Below are positions 27,228 to 36,170 of a stretch of 64,000 bases of DNA, piece by piece. Under the pieces are notes generated by a model. It saw nothing but the letters and a program-made list of their open reading frames with translations. It was not told the DNA's origin and did not search any database. Positions within the stretch are counted from its first letter, which is position 1; each line of letters begins with the position of its first letter. The stretch comes from Escherichia phage LHE287. The position numbers and the translations under genes are program-made. The stretch lies in the sequence record PP761450.1. One strand, written 5' to 3'.

Positions 27228-27534
27228 GATATAGATCCTTCCTTTCAAAGAATGTTGTGTTCGTCGATATCGGACTGCGTTGCAATCTCCCAGCGGACGA
27301 TGTTCTCGGTTGTGACGAAATCACGGTTCAGGTGAGAGGCTGGCACATACACCATCGTGTCTCGACCATGAAGTAACACTGCTCATTGTTACAAGAATCA
27401 ACGTAAACCTCGATGAGGCACACCTCGGCAACACCGGCTTTCGGCTTCTTCACAGTCTTTTTCAAGTACATGGTACAACCCTCGGATAGTAGACGGGGCA
27501 ATAATACCTCTCACCCCGTTATTGAAATGTTCTT

Positions 27535-29007
27535 TTAGTTCAAGACATATTTGATCAGTCCACAATTCCAAATCCTGACCAGCCCGGCTTCGGTTGCTAA
27601 CTGGCTTTCTGTTTTGCCTTCTACGTCATACCCCATGCGAGCAAATGAACCTTTTCTGAAACCGAATTTGTGCTCACGCATAAATGTGCCAGGCTTGTGG
27701 TATTTGTAGTCTGGCTTCTGTACTTCCTCTTCTACGAATCCGTGGGATAGGTAAATGTTGGACAACCTGCTTACAACACACCTATCCCCAAAGGAATAGA
27801 TTTTGGTGTCGGTAAATTTTCTTCTGAAGTGTGAAAGAAGTTTACTGAATGCCCCGTGGCAATCATTAGAGGCAAATCTGACTAATTCCAGGCCATCTTT
27901 CCTTTTAGTGAATAGCATCACGGCTTGTATGACCCCACTCTTGTCAATTAACGACAAATGGTGGGTGGAAGAAACGGAACCTTGTATGTGGTGGTTGTCT
28001 AAAAACTCCCTCAAGCCGCTTATATTCCCCCAAACGACTTTGTGTTGGCGAGCATATGACGCGGGTGTTTTAATGCCAAGTTTAGCTTTCAGAAGAGATT
28101 TGACCACTTCCTGTTTCTCAACCCATTCATCTTCCCAGATGTGGATCAACTGGATACCCTGAGTTTCACATATTTCAGTCTTTTCCAGGTGATAATGTTT
28201 CTCTTTAAAAACTTCTGAATGCCAGTACAGGCCATTAAATTCGATCGCCAATTTGTGTTCAGGGCAATAGATATCCAGTTGTTTACCGGATAATATACTG
28301 TAATCAGAAACAGTGTTTACAACTCCCATTGAGGTGAGAAACTCGGATATTTCCTTTTCATAAGAAGATTTCTTGTTCCTGATAGAACCATTGCTGAACA
28401 ACGCACGTTTTAGTATGTTCGAGTTTTTCATAGGGTTGTCAACACCATAACGTTCTTGTAACGTTGCCAACGCCTTCTCCCTCACACCAGGTAATTGTAG
28501 TGTGGAGCAGCTTCCGTATTTGGATATATTCGAATTCTCTATGGCTTTCCGACCAATCCCACCTTTACACATAGAAACCTGATAACATTCTTCAGAACAA
28601 TATGTTCTGTAATCTTTATTATTGATATAAAAGTTGGTTTCCTTGGAACACACCGGGCATATTTTCACGGTTCTATTGTACAGCCAAGCTGTGACTTTAC
28701 AAGCCAAATCTTGTAGGGTGTTGTGGGTATTGGCGAACACTAAAAGGTCTACATTGATGTGCTTCATAAGCAGTTCAGATTTGCATTTTTGGATATCCAA
28801 TTTGTTGTTCTTGGTAAACATATATTTGTAGAAAAATTGGCGATATGATTCCTCGTCAGACAATTCATTCACTGCTTCAAGGAAACCTTCCGGGAGGTTC
28901 TTTAGGGTGTTCGATGCGAAGGTCTTGCAAGCATCTGAACAAAATTTCTTATCTTTCCTGGATGCTTTGAACTGTTCATGGCAGACACTACAGATTACCT
29001 GATACAT
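27535..29007 (-). CDS. free-standing nuclease: zinc-finger N-terminus plus Vsr-like (PD-(D/E)xK) domain; putative homing endonuclease
   Basis: PEHKLAIEFNGLYWHSE and GIQLIHIWEDEW parallel E. coli Vsr PKHRLAIFVDGCFWHGH and GWRVLIVWECAL; two CxxC...C clusters; GGAGGAG RBS at start 29007. Confidence 0.6.
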   Translation of the reverse strand: MYQVICSVCHEQFKASRKDKKFCSDACKTFASNTLKNLPEGFLEAVNELSDEESYRQFFYKYMFTKNNKLDIQKCKSELLMKHINVDLLVFANTHNTLQDLACKVTAWLYNRTVKICPVCSKETNFYINNKDYRTYCSEECYQVSMCKGGIGRKAIENSNISKYGSCSTLQLPGVREKALATLQERYGVDNPMKNSNILKRALFSNGSIRNKKSSYEKEISEFLTSMGVVNTVSDYSILSGKQLDIYCPEHKLAIEFNGLYWHSEVFKEKHYHLEKTEICETQGIQLIHIWEDEWVEKQEVVKSLLKAKLGIKTPASYARQHKVVWGNISGLREFLDNHHIQGSVSSTHHLSLIDKSGVIQAVMLFTKRKDGLELVRFASNDCHGAFSKLLSHFRRKFTDTKIYSFGDRCVVSRLSNIYLSHGFVEEEVQKPDYKYHKPGTFMREHKFGFRKGSFARMGYDVEGKTESQLATEAGLVRIWNCGLIKYVLN

Positions 29008-29064
29008 AATTATTCTCCTCCATATGGTATCTAGTATAACCTGTTCGATAATATGAACAAATAA

Positions 29065-29086
29065 AAACCCCGCCGAAGCGGGGTTT
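29065..29086 (-). terminator. UUCG-loop terminator after major capsid gene
   Basis: aaaccccgcc-gaag-gcggggttt; minus strand shows cUUCGg loop followed by TTTTAT. Confidence 0.6.
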
Positions 29087-29111
29087 GTCAGGGTTAAGGA
29101 CAACTATTCGA

Positions 29112-30443
29112 TTAGAAAAGTCCCTTAATTAACCCTTTGCGGAAATACACGTTGGTGTCCTTGGCGATACCATCCGCAGTCACATAGACCTGTGGATCCT
29201 GGTTCGCTGGGATCTGAACGAATGGGTTAGCACAAATCCCGTAGCGGGTCTTGAACGCCATACGTGGTGCGAAGGTGGTTTCACCCTGGGTGCGGTACAT
29301 TTCCAGCGGTACATACGGTGCGAAGAAGATACCAGCGTCCAGCGCAGTTGCGCCTTTGTATGCCAGGGTGATGTATTCTGCTACTGCATACGGGTCGATG
29401 TAGACACGCATACCGTTAGACAGCACACCAGCGAAGGTCTGACCAGTCGGATCAATCGCCAGCTTGGTGTTTTCCTGCAGCGCCGGAGCATAATCCAGCA
29501 TACCGGACATCGCCAGGGCAGACGCTACGTTCGGGGAGCACAGAACACGGTTGCCTTTACCACGACGGGTGTCAACACCGATGCCGTTCGCTTCAACTTC
29601 CAGCATGAAAGTCATGTACTTCCATTTTTCCAGCGCCCAACGACCGGAGATGTCAGTGGAGATGTCTACGATACCGTTGGTGCCGAATTTTTTGAAGCGT
29701 ACTGCGCTGAAGTTCATGGTGCGGATAAACTCACGGTTCATCTCTGCCTGAATTTCAGTTACCATCACGTCGGACAGGATGCTGTCAACGTCTTCGCCGT
29801 GGATCGCCATCATGTCCTGGCGCAGTTCATGGCTGTAGTCAGCGTACAGGCCGCGAGACTTCGCAGTCACGGTTGCTTTCTGAACGGTGATACCGACACG
29901 TGCCCATGGGTTGGTGGTGGTGCCCAGCAGTTCAGCGTCGGAAGTTGACATACCTTTACCGATGGTGGTGGTAGCAGCGCCGGAACCTTCGATCTCAGTC
30001 TGGGAGAAGCCAGATGGGTCGCCAGCCTGTGCAGTGTCGTCACCAGAGTAGCCAGAATCAGCTTCCTGCATGAACAGTTCTTTACGGGACTGTGCGGTGT
30101 TGGAACCGTCTGCAACACCTTGGCGAGCACGCAGTGCGAAGATCTGACCGTCAGGACCAGACAGCGGTTGAACACCGAAGAAGTCCATCGCGATGTTGAC
30201 CGGAGCCAGACGTTTGGCCATGTCGATCAGGACTGGCTGCCATTTACCCACAGAGGTGTTCACGGAGCCAGGAGCGTCGGATTCGCCCAGGTTTTTGGCG
30301 TTCCACTCAGCCTGGTTTTGCAGCAGACGGACGGCAACGTTTTCGGCAGAAAGCGGCTGGATGCTTTCAGATTCTTTCTGAAGAACTGGCAGCCACTGCT
30401 CGCGCATTTGTTCAGTAACAAGTTTCTTAGCCATGATGGTCAT
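29112..30443 (-). CDS. gp23: major capsid protein (gp23-like)
   Basis: 443 aa with extensive similarity to T4 gp23 (FALRA, TTNPW, EINRE, FAGVL, RVYIDPYA, DAGIFFAPYV, FKTRYGI, YFRKG). Confidence 0.9.
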   Translation of the reverse strand: MTIMAKKLVTEQMREQWLPVLQKESESIQPLSAENVAVRLLQNQAEWNAKNLGESDAPGSVNTSVGKWQPVLIDMAKRLAPVNIAMDFFGVQPLSGPDGQIFALRARQGVADGSNTAQSRKELFMQEADSGYSGDDTAQAGDPSGFSQTEIEGSGAATTTIGKGMSTSDAELLGTTTNPWARVGITVQKATVTAKSRGLYADYSHELRQDMMAIHGEDVDSILSDVMVTEIQAEMNREFIRTMNFSAVRFKKFGTNGIVDISTDISGRWALEKWKYMTFMLEVEANGIGVDTRRGKGNRVLCSPNVASALAMSGMLDYAPALQENTKLAIDPTGQTFAGVLSNGMRVYIDPYAVAEYITLAYKGATALDAGIFFAPYVPLEMYRTQGETTFAPRMAFKTRYGICANPFVQIPANQDPQVYVTADGIAKDTNVYFRKGLIKGLF

Positions 30444-30526
30444 TCCTTACATTGATATTCAGTTAAGTTGAAATTACTTAGTAGTTCAAAATCAAGCCCC
30501 CTTTTCGAGGGCTGTGGCTGCTAAAA

Positions 30527-31378
30527 TTAGCCGTTGATGCCGAAGCGACGATTATAGTCGGCCAACTGACGCTTGATAGATTCTTTCAGCTCTTTGTCTG
30601 TTTCATCTTCATCGTCATCTTCATCGCCTTCTTTCTTAGGCTTTTTGCCTTCGGCTTTAACATCTTTGTTGTCGTCATCGCCGTCTTTACCGCCGACTTT
30701 GTCCTGGAAGTCATCGTCATCGTCATCGCCTTCTTTCTTCACGGACTTACCTTCTACCAGGTTGCGGAAGGTGTGTACGCGGGAAGCGAATTCGCTTTCG
30801 GTGGTGAACTGCACAGCTTCCAGCAGATTGACAACCGTTGCTTTCTTGGTGTCGACCATACCTTCACAGATACGGGCGATCACAGAGTCACGCAGAGTCG
30901 CATTCGCGGCTTCTTTGATTTGACGGTTTTCGCTTTCGGCAATCGCAGCACGTCGTTCTGCTTCGGTCAGGCGGGCAGTCAGCGCAGCGATCTGGCCGTT
31001 TTCGTCGGTGGCAAAGTTGATACCAGCTTCTTTCAGAACACCAGTCAGGCCAGTCAGCAGATTTTCAGCCGCTTCACGTTTGATCTGAGCATCGATTGCA
31101 GGAGCGTTCTTGTTAGCCCACTCTTCTACAACAGCATTCAGGAAGCCATCGACTTTGGTCGCGATTTCCATCAAGTGAGACTCTTTCAGCTGAGCAATCT
31201 CAGCCTGATGAGCTTCAACCAGACGCAGGCGCTCAATATTGGCAGCGTTTTCGGTTTCTTGAATAGCGGTCAGGCGAGCGGCTTCTACTTTAGATTCCAG
31301 CAGACCAGACACTTTATCCAGGAAGTCGGTGCTGAGGCCGTTAACACCCTCAAACAGTTTTTGCAATTCAGGTTTCAT
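30527..31378 (-). CDS. gp22: prohead scaffold protein (gp22-like)
   Basis: Acidic, coiled-coil-like, Asp/Glu-rich C-terminus; between gp21 and gp23 as in T4; late motif upstream. Confidence 0.6.
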   Translation of the reverse strand: MKPELQKLFEGVNGLSTDFLDKVSGLLESKVEAARLTAIQETENAANIERLRLVEAHQAEIAQLKESHLMEIATKVDGFLNAVVEEWANKNAPAIDAQIKREAAENLLTGLTGVLKEAGINFATDENGQIAALTARLTEAERRAAIAESENRQIKEAANATLRDSVIARICEGMVDTKKATVVNLLEAVQFTTESEFASRVHTFRNLVEGKSVKKEGDDDDDDFQDKVGGKDGDDDNKDVKAEGKKPKKEGDEDDDEDETDKELKESIKRQLADYNRRFGING

Positions 31379-31405
31379 GATTGTTTCCTTCTGAACGATT
31401 TTCAG

Positions 31406-31412
31406 TATTTAG
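31406..31412 (-). promoter_or_regulatory. late-promoter-like CTAAATA motif
   Basis: 28 nt upstream of the scaffold gene. Confidence 0.45.
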
Positions 31413-31423
31413 TGAGGCTGAAT

Positions 31424-32092
31424 TCAGCCCAGATGTTTCAATGCGATATCGAGGCGGCGCAGGAAGTCGTCTTCTAACTGAATATTGGTTTTTACCAATG
31501 AATCGACCACATGCCCCTTAATGTCCTTAGGAACCCAAATTCCTGAAGATTCATCAAGCTGCCATTCCACAGATTCGCTCACAGCCTTTACATAACAAAC
31601 TTGTCCAGAAGGACGGTCGACTGCATCAACAGCAGTGAGCATAAAGCCGGGTTGAACGTCATCATAGCCGTTCACTGACTTGGTCTCACCAAGGCCACGT
31701 GTAGACACTGCCAGGTTGAAGTCTGCTTCAGCCAGAGCACGAATGATCTGACCTTTCGGTGTATTCAGGATCCGCGCTCGACCGATAGCGTTGGTGCCTT
31801 CCCAGCGCAAAGATTCGGTTTTGAGTGCAGCGTGTTCGATATCGGGGAAAGGATAATCCGGATGCTTGAGTTCACCGATTGCACGACGATCCTGGATATA
31901 CTCTTTGTCGTATGCTTCGACAGCAGGGATACCCACTTTTTGGAGATCGTAGTTGCGACCATTACGGTTCACCTGGTTACACATCACGAATGGACCTTCG
32001 ATGTACATGGCTTTGCCGCCAGTAGCCGTGGCCGCTTCACCAATCTGAAGGTCTTTCCCTATCGCAGTGATCTCACGCAACAGTTTCATCAT
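31424..32092 (-). CDS. gp21: prohead protease (gp21-like)
   Basis: GELKHP, GRARI, STRGLG match T4 gp21 signatures. Confidence 0.85.
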   Translation of the reverse strand: MMKLLREITAIGKDLQIGEAATATGGKAMYIEGPFVMCNQVNRNGRNYDLQKVGIPAVEAYDKEYIQDRRAIGELKHPDYPFPDIEHAALKTESLRWEGTNAIGRARILNTPKGQIIRALAEADFNLAVSTRGLGETKSVNGYDDVQPGFMLTAVDAVDRPSGQVCYVKAVSESVEWQLDESSGIWVPKDIKGHVVDSLVKTNIQLEDDFLRRLDIALKHLG

Positions 32093-32099
32093 TCGCTCC

Positions 32100-32405
32100 T
32101 TAACTCAGTCCCATCATACGACGGAACTTCATTGCTTTTTTCTTACGACGCTCGATTTTGCGTTGGTATCCCATACCCATGCGTTTCTTGGCTCGGATCG
32201 CCTTGCGGTTGCCCAGCTTGCGGGTACGGCGCTCACTGGCGACCATCACCTCACAACGGGAACCATCCGCAGACAGTTTGAAACCAGGAGCACACTGCAG
32301 ACGGCGACGGCGTTTGCCTTTTGCGTTCACCTTGTCAATGACTTTCTGCTCATCCATGCGGGAAGCCAGGAAATCAGCGAACGTTGCAACTTCTTCGATT
32401 TCCAT
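32100..32405 (-). CDS. basic prohead core protein (gp68-position)
   Basis: 101 aa, highly basic C-terminus; position between portal and protease. Confidence 0.4.
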   Translation of the reverse strand: MEIEEVATFADFLASRMDEQKVIDKVNAKGKRRRRLQCAPGFKLSADGSRCEVMVASERRTRKLGNRKAIRAKKRMGMGYQRKIERRKKKAMKFRRMMGLS

Positions 32406-32417
32406 GATACATTCCTC

Positions 32418-32639
32418 TTACTGGTCGTCGCCGAAAGGACCCATGTCTTGGCTCAGGGAGTTCAAGACATATTCAGTACCCTGCTGGACCAGTTCTTGGG
32501 CGCGAGCGGATAGCTCCATTTCGCATTCAGCAGCAGCGGCATCAGTATCACCGGCGATGATTGCTTTTACCAGATCGATAGCAGCCATGTTCATATCCTC
32601 TAAATGTTTTCTATACTTAGTCGAATTATTCTTCACCAC
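32418..32639 (-). CDS. small acidic protein (gp67-position prohead core protein?)
   Basis: 73-aa ORF in the portal-protease interval. Confidence 0.35.
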   Translation of the reverse strand: MVKNNSTKYRKHLEDMNMAAIDLVKAIIAGDTDAAAAECEMELSARAQELVQQGTEYVLNSLSQDMGPFGDDQ

Positions 32640-34320
32640 CAGGAGGGTTAGTCGCTGGGATGACGTTAGGTCTGAATTTCAGTGGACTGACTTCCCCGCT
32701 GCCGAAGCCGCCGGACTCATCTGCCTGCACTTCAGGGTATTTGCCTTCTTTCTTCTCTTTCGCGATCTTCTCTTGCTGGTCTTTGATGTCTTCATCGGAC
32801 ATACGCAGCAAATTTCGTTGAGCAAAATCGATAGAGAAGAGAGTGCCGATATATGGTTCGATCTGACCGAGAGCCGCCATACGCTGTGACAAGATTTCGT
32901 TCTCTTGTTGTTCACGGATGAAGCTGTCAGAAGTGAATTCGAACTTGACGAACGGCTTGATCTTCTCATTCCAGTCAGCCTGATCTGTAATGCCTTTCAA
33001 TATCAGTTGACGGCGCAGAAGTTCCAGGAAGATACCAGAAGAATAACGACGGCGCAGGCTCGCACAGAACTTGTTGAAGCGCAGTTCTTCCTGTGTGATT
33101 TCAGCAAGATTGGAACCACCGATGTTGATGGAACCTTCCTCTTGCAGGCGGCTCTTAGGGATCATCAGAGCCTCGTAGAGCTTCTCGCGGAAGTATACCA
33201 CATGATCCATTTGACCCAGTTGATCGCCACCGCCTACGTTGGAGATCTCGGTTGCGTTCTGCCCTTCGCGACGTGGTAGCCAGTAGTCCTCAGCGATACC
33301 CATCAAATGAGTGTTACCAGCCACCTTACCAGTGGTGCGATCATACGCCAGACGGTTCTTGAATTTGCCCATCATGGCTTGCATGTATTCTTCGGCCGAC
33401 TTCTTACCCAGCGTACCCACGTCGAGATAGAACGCTCGCTTCTCAGGAGCACGTGTGATCGCATAGATCACCGTTGCATCTTCAGTTGTAACAAGGTTGT
33501 TCAGGGGACGGATAGCTGGGTTCAGCAGGCTTGGTACAACCCCATTTGCCAGAGGCTCTTCACCACTGTCCAGATACACTATGCTCTCATCATCAAACAC
33601 CAGCTCTTGCTGTGACGGTTGGAAGTTCTGAGACGTACCGGACTGGCCAGTGAATTGGTTGCGGTTGTAGTTCGGGTTGTAGTAGTATTGAAGTTTTACG
33701 TCATTGATGACTTCGATACCGTCGCGCATCGCCTTTTGAACGATGTACACTGGGCGGATACAGCGTGAGTCCATCATGATGAGTTTGGCGATACCCGCTT
33801 TCTTGTTCTTCGGGTCCACCACAACGTGGAATGCCTGACGGCCTTCAATATACCATTTGCGGATCTTCTGATACGCTGTGTTGTCAAAGTCAAGGAGATG
33901 CATGATCTCTTTGAATGCGTCAGTGATCTTCTCTTTGACTTCGTCTGTGATGCCATCTACCTTTTCCAGGTTGATGGTTACAGGAGTCTCTTCCTCTTCA
34001 CAAGTGACGACGTCGTTGACAATGATATCCACAGCCTTACGAATCTCAGGCTGCTGAGCCATAGACTGGTACTCTTCGACCAGCTGTTTGACGTTGAGCA
34101 ACTCATTCTCAACACCAACGAAATTGAATGTGTTCGCGCCGCCCTGGAGGATGATGGAACCATCCTGAGAATCGTCCAGCGCAACAACAGTCGCTTTTGA
34201 AAGCAACTTCTCTTCTTGGTTCGTGACCATCTTGTCGGTATCAATCGGCGCTTCTACTTTGCCGCCTCTGCCGAACAAGCCGAAGAACCCATTTCCGAAT
34301 GCACCATTACCGAATGCCAT
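32626..34320 (-). CDS. gp20: portal protein (gp20-like)
   Basis: 564 aa; position upstream of prohead core/protease/capsid genes and size consistent with T4 gp20. Confidence 0.75.
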   Translation of the reverse strand: MAFGNGAFGNGFFGLFGRGGKVEAPIDTDKMVTNQEEKLLSKATVVALDDSQDGSIILQGGANTFNFVGVENELLNVKQLVEEYQSMAQQPEIRKAVDIIVNDVVTCEEEETPVTINLEKVDGITDEVKEKITDAFKEIMHLLDFDNTAYQKIRKWYIEGRQAFHVVVDPKNKKAGIAKLIMMDSRCIRPVYIVQKAMRDGIEVINDVKLQYYYNPNYNRNQFTGQSGTSQNFQPSQQELVFDDESIVYLDSGEEPLANGVVPSLLNPAIRPLNNLVTTEDATVIYAITRAPEKRAFYLDVGTLGKKSAEEYMQAMMGKFKNRLAYDRTTGKVAGNTHLMGIAEDYWLPRREGQNATEISNVGGGDQLGQMDHVVYFREKLYEALMIPKSRLQEEGSINIGGSNLAEITQEELRFNKFCASLRRRYSSGIFLELLRRQLILKGITDQADWNEKIKPFVKFEFTSDSFIREQQENEILSQRMAALGQIEPYIGTLFSIDFAQRNLLRMSDEDIKDQQEKIAKEKKEGKYPEVQADESGGFGSGEVSPLKFRPNVIPATNPPGGEE

Positions 34321-34386
34321 GATTAAGTCCTCAACATTTTCTTGTAATTAGTGAGGGGGAATAAAGATCCCCCAGCACTGAGGACA

Positions 34387-34920
34387 TTAGAGAGACTTGT
34401 CTGAAATGGCCTGGAAGTAACGCAGGTCAACAGTGAACTGAGTATAAGAGTCCATTGCAGACATGTCCAGTTCCAGCTGACCGAGGTTCTGAGGCCAGGT
34501 GCCCTGAAGGGTCCAGGTCTTGGTGACGTTGTCATTCGCATCCAGCAGTTCCATGATTACATCACGGAAATAATCATCTGGGTTAGCAGACGCACGGTTG
34601 TTGTTGCTGCCGTTGATATACTGCTGCCAGACTTCGAATGCGTTGTACGGGGCGTTGTCCACGACGTTGATGAACGTCACAGGCAGAGCCTCGAAACGAC
34701 GGTCGCCTGGGAATGGAAGTTCACGACCACCCCATGGGACGAGTATTTCCCCGAGCTGGCCTGTTGGGGTATTTGTGGTCACCGCTAACAGCGAAACATC
34801 ACGGATGGTATCGCTTCCAGCCACGAAGGAAGGGAAGTTAACAGTCACACGCCAACGGTGTTGGCGCTGAACGCCGCCCCCGCGTGACATAGCTGCTCTG
34901 AATTCATTAACTGTAGCCAT
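34387..34920 (-). CDS. gp19: tail tube protein (gp19-like)
   Basis: 177 aa; C-terminal LGQLELDMSAMDSYTQFTVDLRYFQA parallels T4 gp19 LQLDWDSNNEIQTFEVTLALDYWE; late motif upstream. Confidence 0.7.
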   Translation of the reverse strand: MATVNEFRAAMSRGGGVQRQHRWRVTVNFPSFVAGSDTIRDVSLLAVTTNTPTGQLGEILVPWGGRELPFPGDRRFEALPVTFINVVDNAPYNAFEVWQQYINGSNNNRASANPDDYFRDVIMELLDANDNVTKTWTLQGTWPQNLGQLELDMSAMDSYTQFTVDLRYFQAISDKSL

Positions 34921-34946
34921 GGTCGTTCTCCTCTGAATAGTGTAAA

Positions 34947-34953
34947 TATTTAG
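34947..34953 (-). promoter_or_regulatory. late-promoter-like CTAAATA motif
   Basis: 27 nt upstream of the tail tube gene. Confidence 0.45.
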
Positions 34954-35311
34954 TTTTGAAATAAATGGGGGTTAAAATACCCCAAAGTGAGGATATTTAT
35001 TATGTCATTCCCCCGATAAAATTGTTCATGCTACCACAAACCGTTCACCCCAACCAGGAAGGCTGCGTTGTATTGTAGTGACGAATGTAAATCATTCATG
35101 CTGGGAACGATGAAACGCAACTCAGATTTATTGGTCAATCTTCCGGCGACCGAAACTGAATGCCGCTCTTGGGTTGATAGTAAACTCAGGAAGAAAGATG
35201 GTTCGTTGAACTTGGATACGATACAGAAGGAAAACAGAGGATATGCTGGCGATAGAAGCCGGGTTGGGTGTATCTGGGGTGTGGTCTTATCCGGTATGAA
35301 CTGGAAACTAA

Positions 35312-35330
35312 AACCCCGCCTCAGCGGGGT
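35312..35330 (-). terminator. hairpin terminator
   Basis: aaccccgcc-tca-gcggggt followed on the minus strand by TTTAGTTT. Confidence 0.5.
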
Positions 35331-35336
35331 AAACTA

Positions 35337-35693
35337 CTATTTGCGAATGCTAACCTGAGCATAATACACATGATAATCACCATGGGCACGGAAGCTGGTG
35401 AGGTGGAATGTGACGAGGTGGCTCCCGAAAGCTACAACTTTGGTATCTGGGGAGCATAAATCATTAGCCAGTTCACCCAGAACCTTACCACAAAACTCCT
35501 CAACGATAGCGTTAAATCTGTCAATGTGTGGACTGGTCACCGTCATTGGACCAACATCTGCACAGTAGATCCCTTTTATCATCTTTCCCTGGCTGTCGCG
35601 TACTGGCTTTGCAGGCTGGTAAGGATTGATGCGGCGTTTCAGGTTACAGAGGCCGATTTCTTTCAGGATAGCGTTAATTTCAGTCTTGGTCAT
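35337..35693 (-). CDS. hypothetical protein (accessory gene between sheath and tube genes)
   Basis: Start MTKTEIN (35693) with AAGGAA-CTATATC-ATG; sigma70-like promoter upstream. Confidence 0.45.
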   Translation of the reverse strand: MTKTEINAILKEIGLCNLKRRINPYQPAKPVRDSQGKMIKGIYCADVGPMTVTSPHIDRFNAIVEEFCGKVLGELANDLCSPDTKVVAFGSHLVTFHLTSFRAHGDYHVYYAQVSIRK

Positions 35694-35740
35694 GATATAG
35701 TTCCTTCGTTTCAAGTTGGTGTCGTACTGCTTATGTTTAG

Positions 35741-35768
35741 AATTATACGTGAGTTATTGAAGAAGTAA
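35741..35768 (-). promoter_or_regulatory. candidate sigma70/T4-early-type promoter (TTTACT-N16-TATAAT)
   Basis: Minus-strand -10 TATAAT (35741-35746) and -35 TTTACT (35763-35768). Confidence 0.4.
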
Positions 35769-35802
35769 AGTAATTCAATAAAATAATCTGGGAAAAATTT
35801 AA

Positions 35803-35821
35803 AACCCCGCCGAAGCGGGGT
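35803..35821 (-). terminator. UUCG-loop terminator
   Basis: accccgcc-gaag-gcggggt; U-run on the minus strand. Confidence 0.55.
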
Positions 35822-35825
35822 CTTG

Positions 35826-36128
35826 TTACACTTTGCTGTATTTCTTAAACAATTTACCGAGTTCACCTGGGGCTTCTCGAGTTCCAGCAGCTTTGCTAAC
35901 AACCTGTTTATCTTTCTTCAGGTCGAATACTTTGATCTCTTTGCCATTATATGTATATTCAAAATCATCAATGGTTATGCGGAAGAAATCTCCAAATACT
36001 CCATTTTCGATATCACCCTTTTTGAGCCTTACATCTTGGTCTTCCAACCATTCAATCACGGAGTCTTTAACTTTCTGAAGGTCACCTTTTAGGCCTGCTT
36101 CTGCTAAAAATTGAGAAAAACTTTTCAT
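35826..36128 (-). CDS. hypothetical protein
   Basis: 100-aa ORF with GAGGT RBS. Confidence 0.45.
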   Translation of the reverse strand: MKSFSQFLAEAGLKGDLQKVKDSVIEWLEDQDVRLKKGDIENGVFGDFFRITIDDFEYTYNGKEIKVFDLKKDKQVVSKAAGTREAPGELGKLFKKYSKV

Positions 36129-36144
36129 AACAATACCTCAATGT

Positions 36145-36160
36145 GCCCTCCGAAGAGGGC
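36145..36160 (-). terminator. UUCG-loop hairpin after sheath gene
   Basis: gccctc-cgaag-agggc. Confidence 0.4.
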
Positions 36161-36170
36161 ATGGAGTAAA

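Noticed and set aside
30573-30923. Poly-Ser plus-strand ORF
   Set aside because: It is the antisense reading of the Asp/Glu-rich repeat region of the scaffold gene.
34323-34541. 72-aa ORF overlapping the tail tube gene
   Set aside because: Out-of-frame overlap with the well-supported gp19-like gene; Pro/Ser/Thr-rich sequence typical of a spurious frame.
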